A DNA stretch of 45,110 nucleotides from Candidatus Spechtbacteria bacterium RIFCSPLOWO2_12_FULL_38_22 (GTDB taxonomy: Bacteria; Patescibacteriota; Minisyncoccia; Spechtbacterales; 2-12-FULL-38-22). Every line of letters starts with the position of its first letter. Positions within the stretch are counted from its first letter, which is position 1. Below are positions 45,076-45,110 of this stretch, one piece after another. The notes under the pieces were generated by a model. That model ran no database searches, was not told the DNA's origin, and worked only from the letters and a program-made list of their open reading frames with translations. The stretch lies in contig MHOK01000022.1 in NCBI GenBank assembly GCA_001820055.1, positions 1-45,110 on the forward strand, written 5' to 3'. The position numbers were made by a program, and so were the translations under genes.

Positions 45076-45110
45076 ACCTCCGCAAGGTTGCGCTCTATCC
45101 AGCTGACCTG
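45076..45110 (-). pseudogene. 5' fragment of tRNA-Arg (D-arm to the 3' side of the anticodon stem), runs off the right edge
   Basis: 31 nt identical to 44965-44995. The last 4 nt of the window differ at 2 positions. Confidence 0.7.

Overview
AT-rich, tightly packed bacterial chromosome segment. The genes are small and mostly housekeeping, and there is a secretin-less type IV pilus cluster. This fits a reduced-genome Patescibacteria/CPR-like organism, but that assignment is inference only. Standard genetic code (TGA is used as a stop). Left to right: rpsP (partial), a GNAT, rnc, nusB, rpmF, thrC translationally coupled to a shikimate-kinase-like P-loop kinase, rnhB, dnaE, thrS, an unexplained GC-rich RNA region, glyA-folD, gatB, a dTMP module (dCMP deaminase-dut-tmk-thyX), rplK-nusG-secE, gyrB, a YdjC-like gene, a single-chain mitochondrial-type PheRS, a compositionally distinct islet (acyl-CoA-dehydrogenase-family flavoprotein plus three mini-ORFs, each with its own terminator and two with their own promoter), a tRNA cluster, a membrane HEPN-like gene, gatA-gatC-ligA, 14 type IV pilus genes, comFC, pyrE, a frameshifted nucleotidyltransferase, and a nested tRNA-Arg structure at the right edge. 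The most unusual content is non-genic. (1) Several families of short palindromic or GC-rich tandem repeats lie in spacers and also in frame inside ORFs (rnhB, comFC, gyrB, two prepilin leader peptides). (2) A cassette with 26-bp terminal inverted repeats carries an intact tRNA-Arg and splits a second copy of the same tRNA. (3) Two GC-rich transcription units with consensus promoters match no RNA or protein class I recognise. (4) Whole intergenic spacers are duplicated upstream of nusG and rplK. All protein calls rest on motif recognition from the supplied translations. No database search, RNA folding or covariance model was run. Coordinates of non-ORF features were counted by hand and may be off by 1-2 nt.
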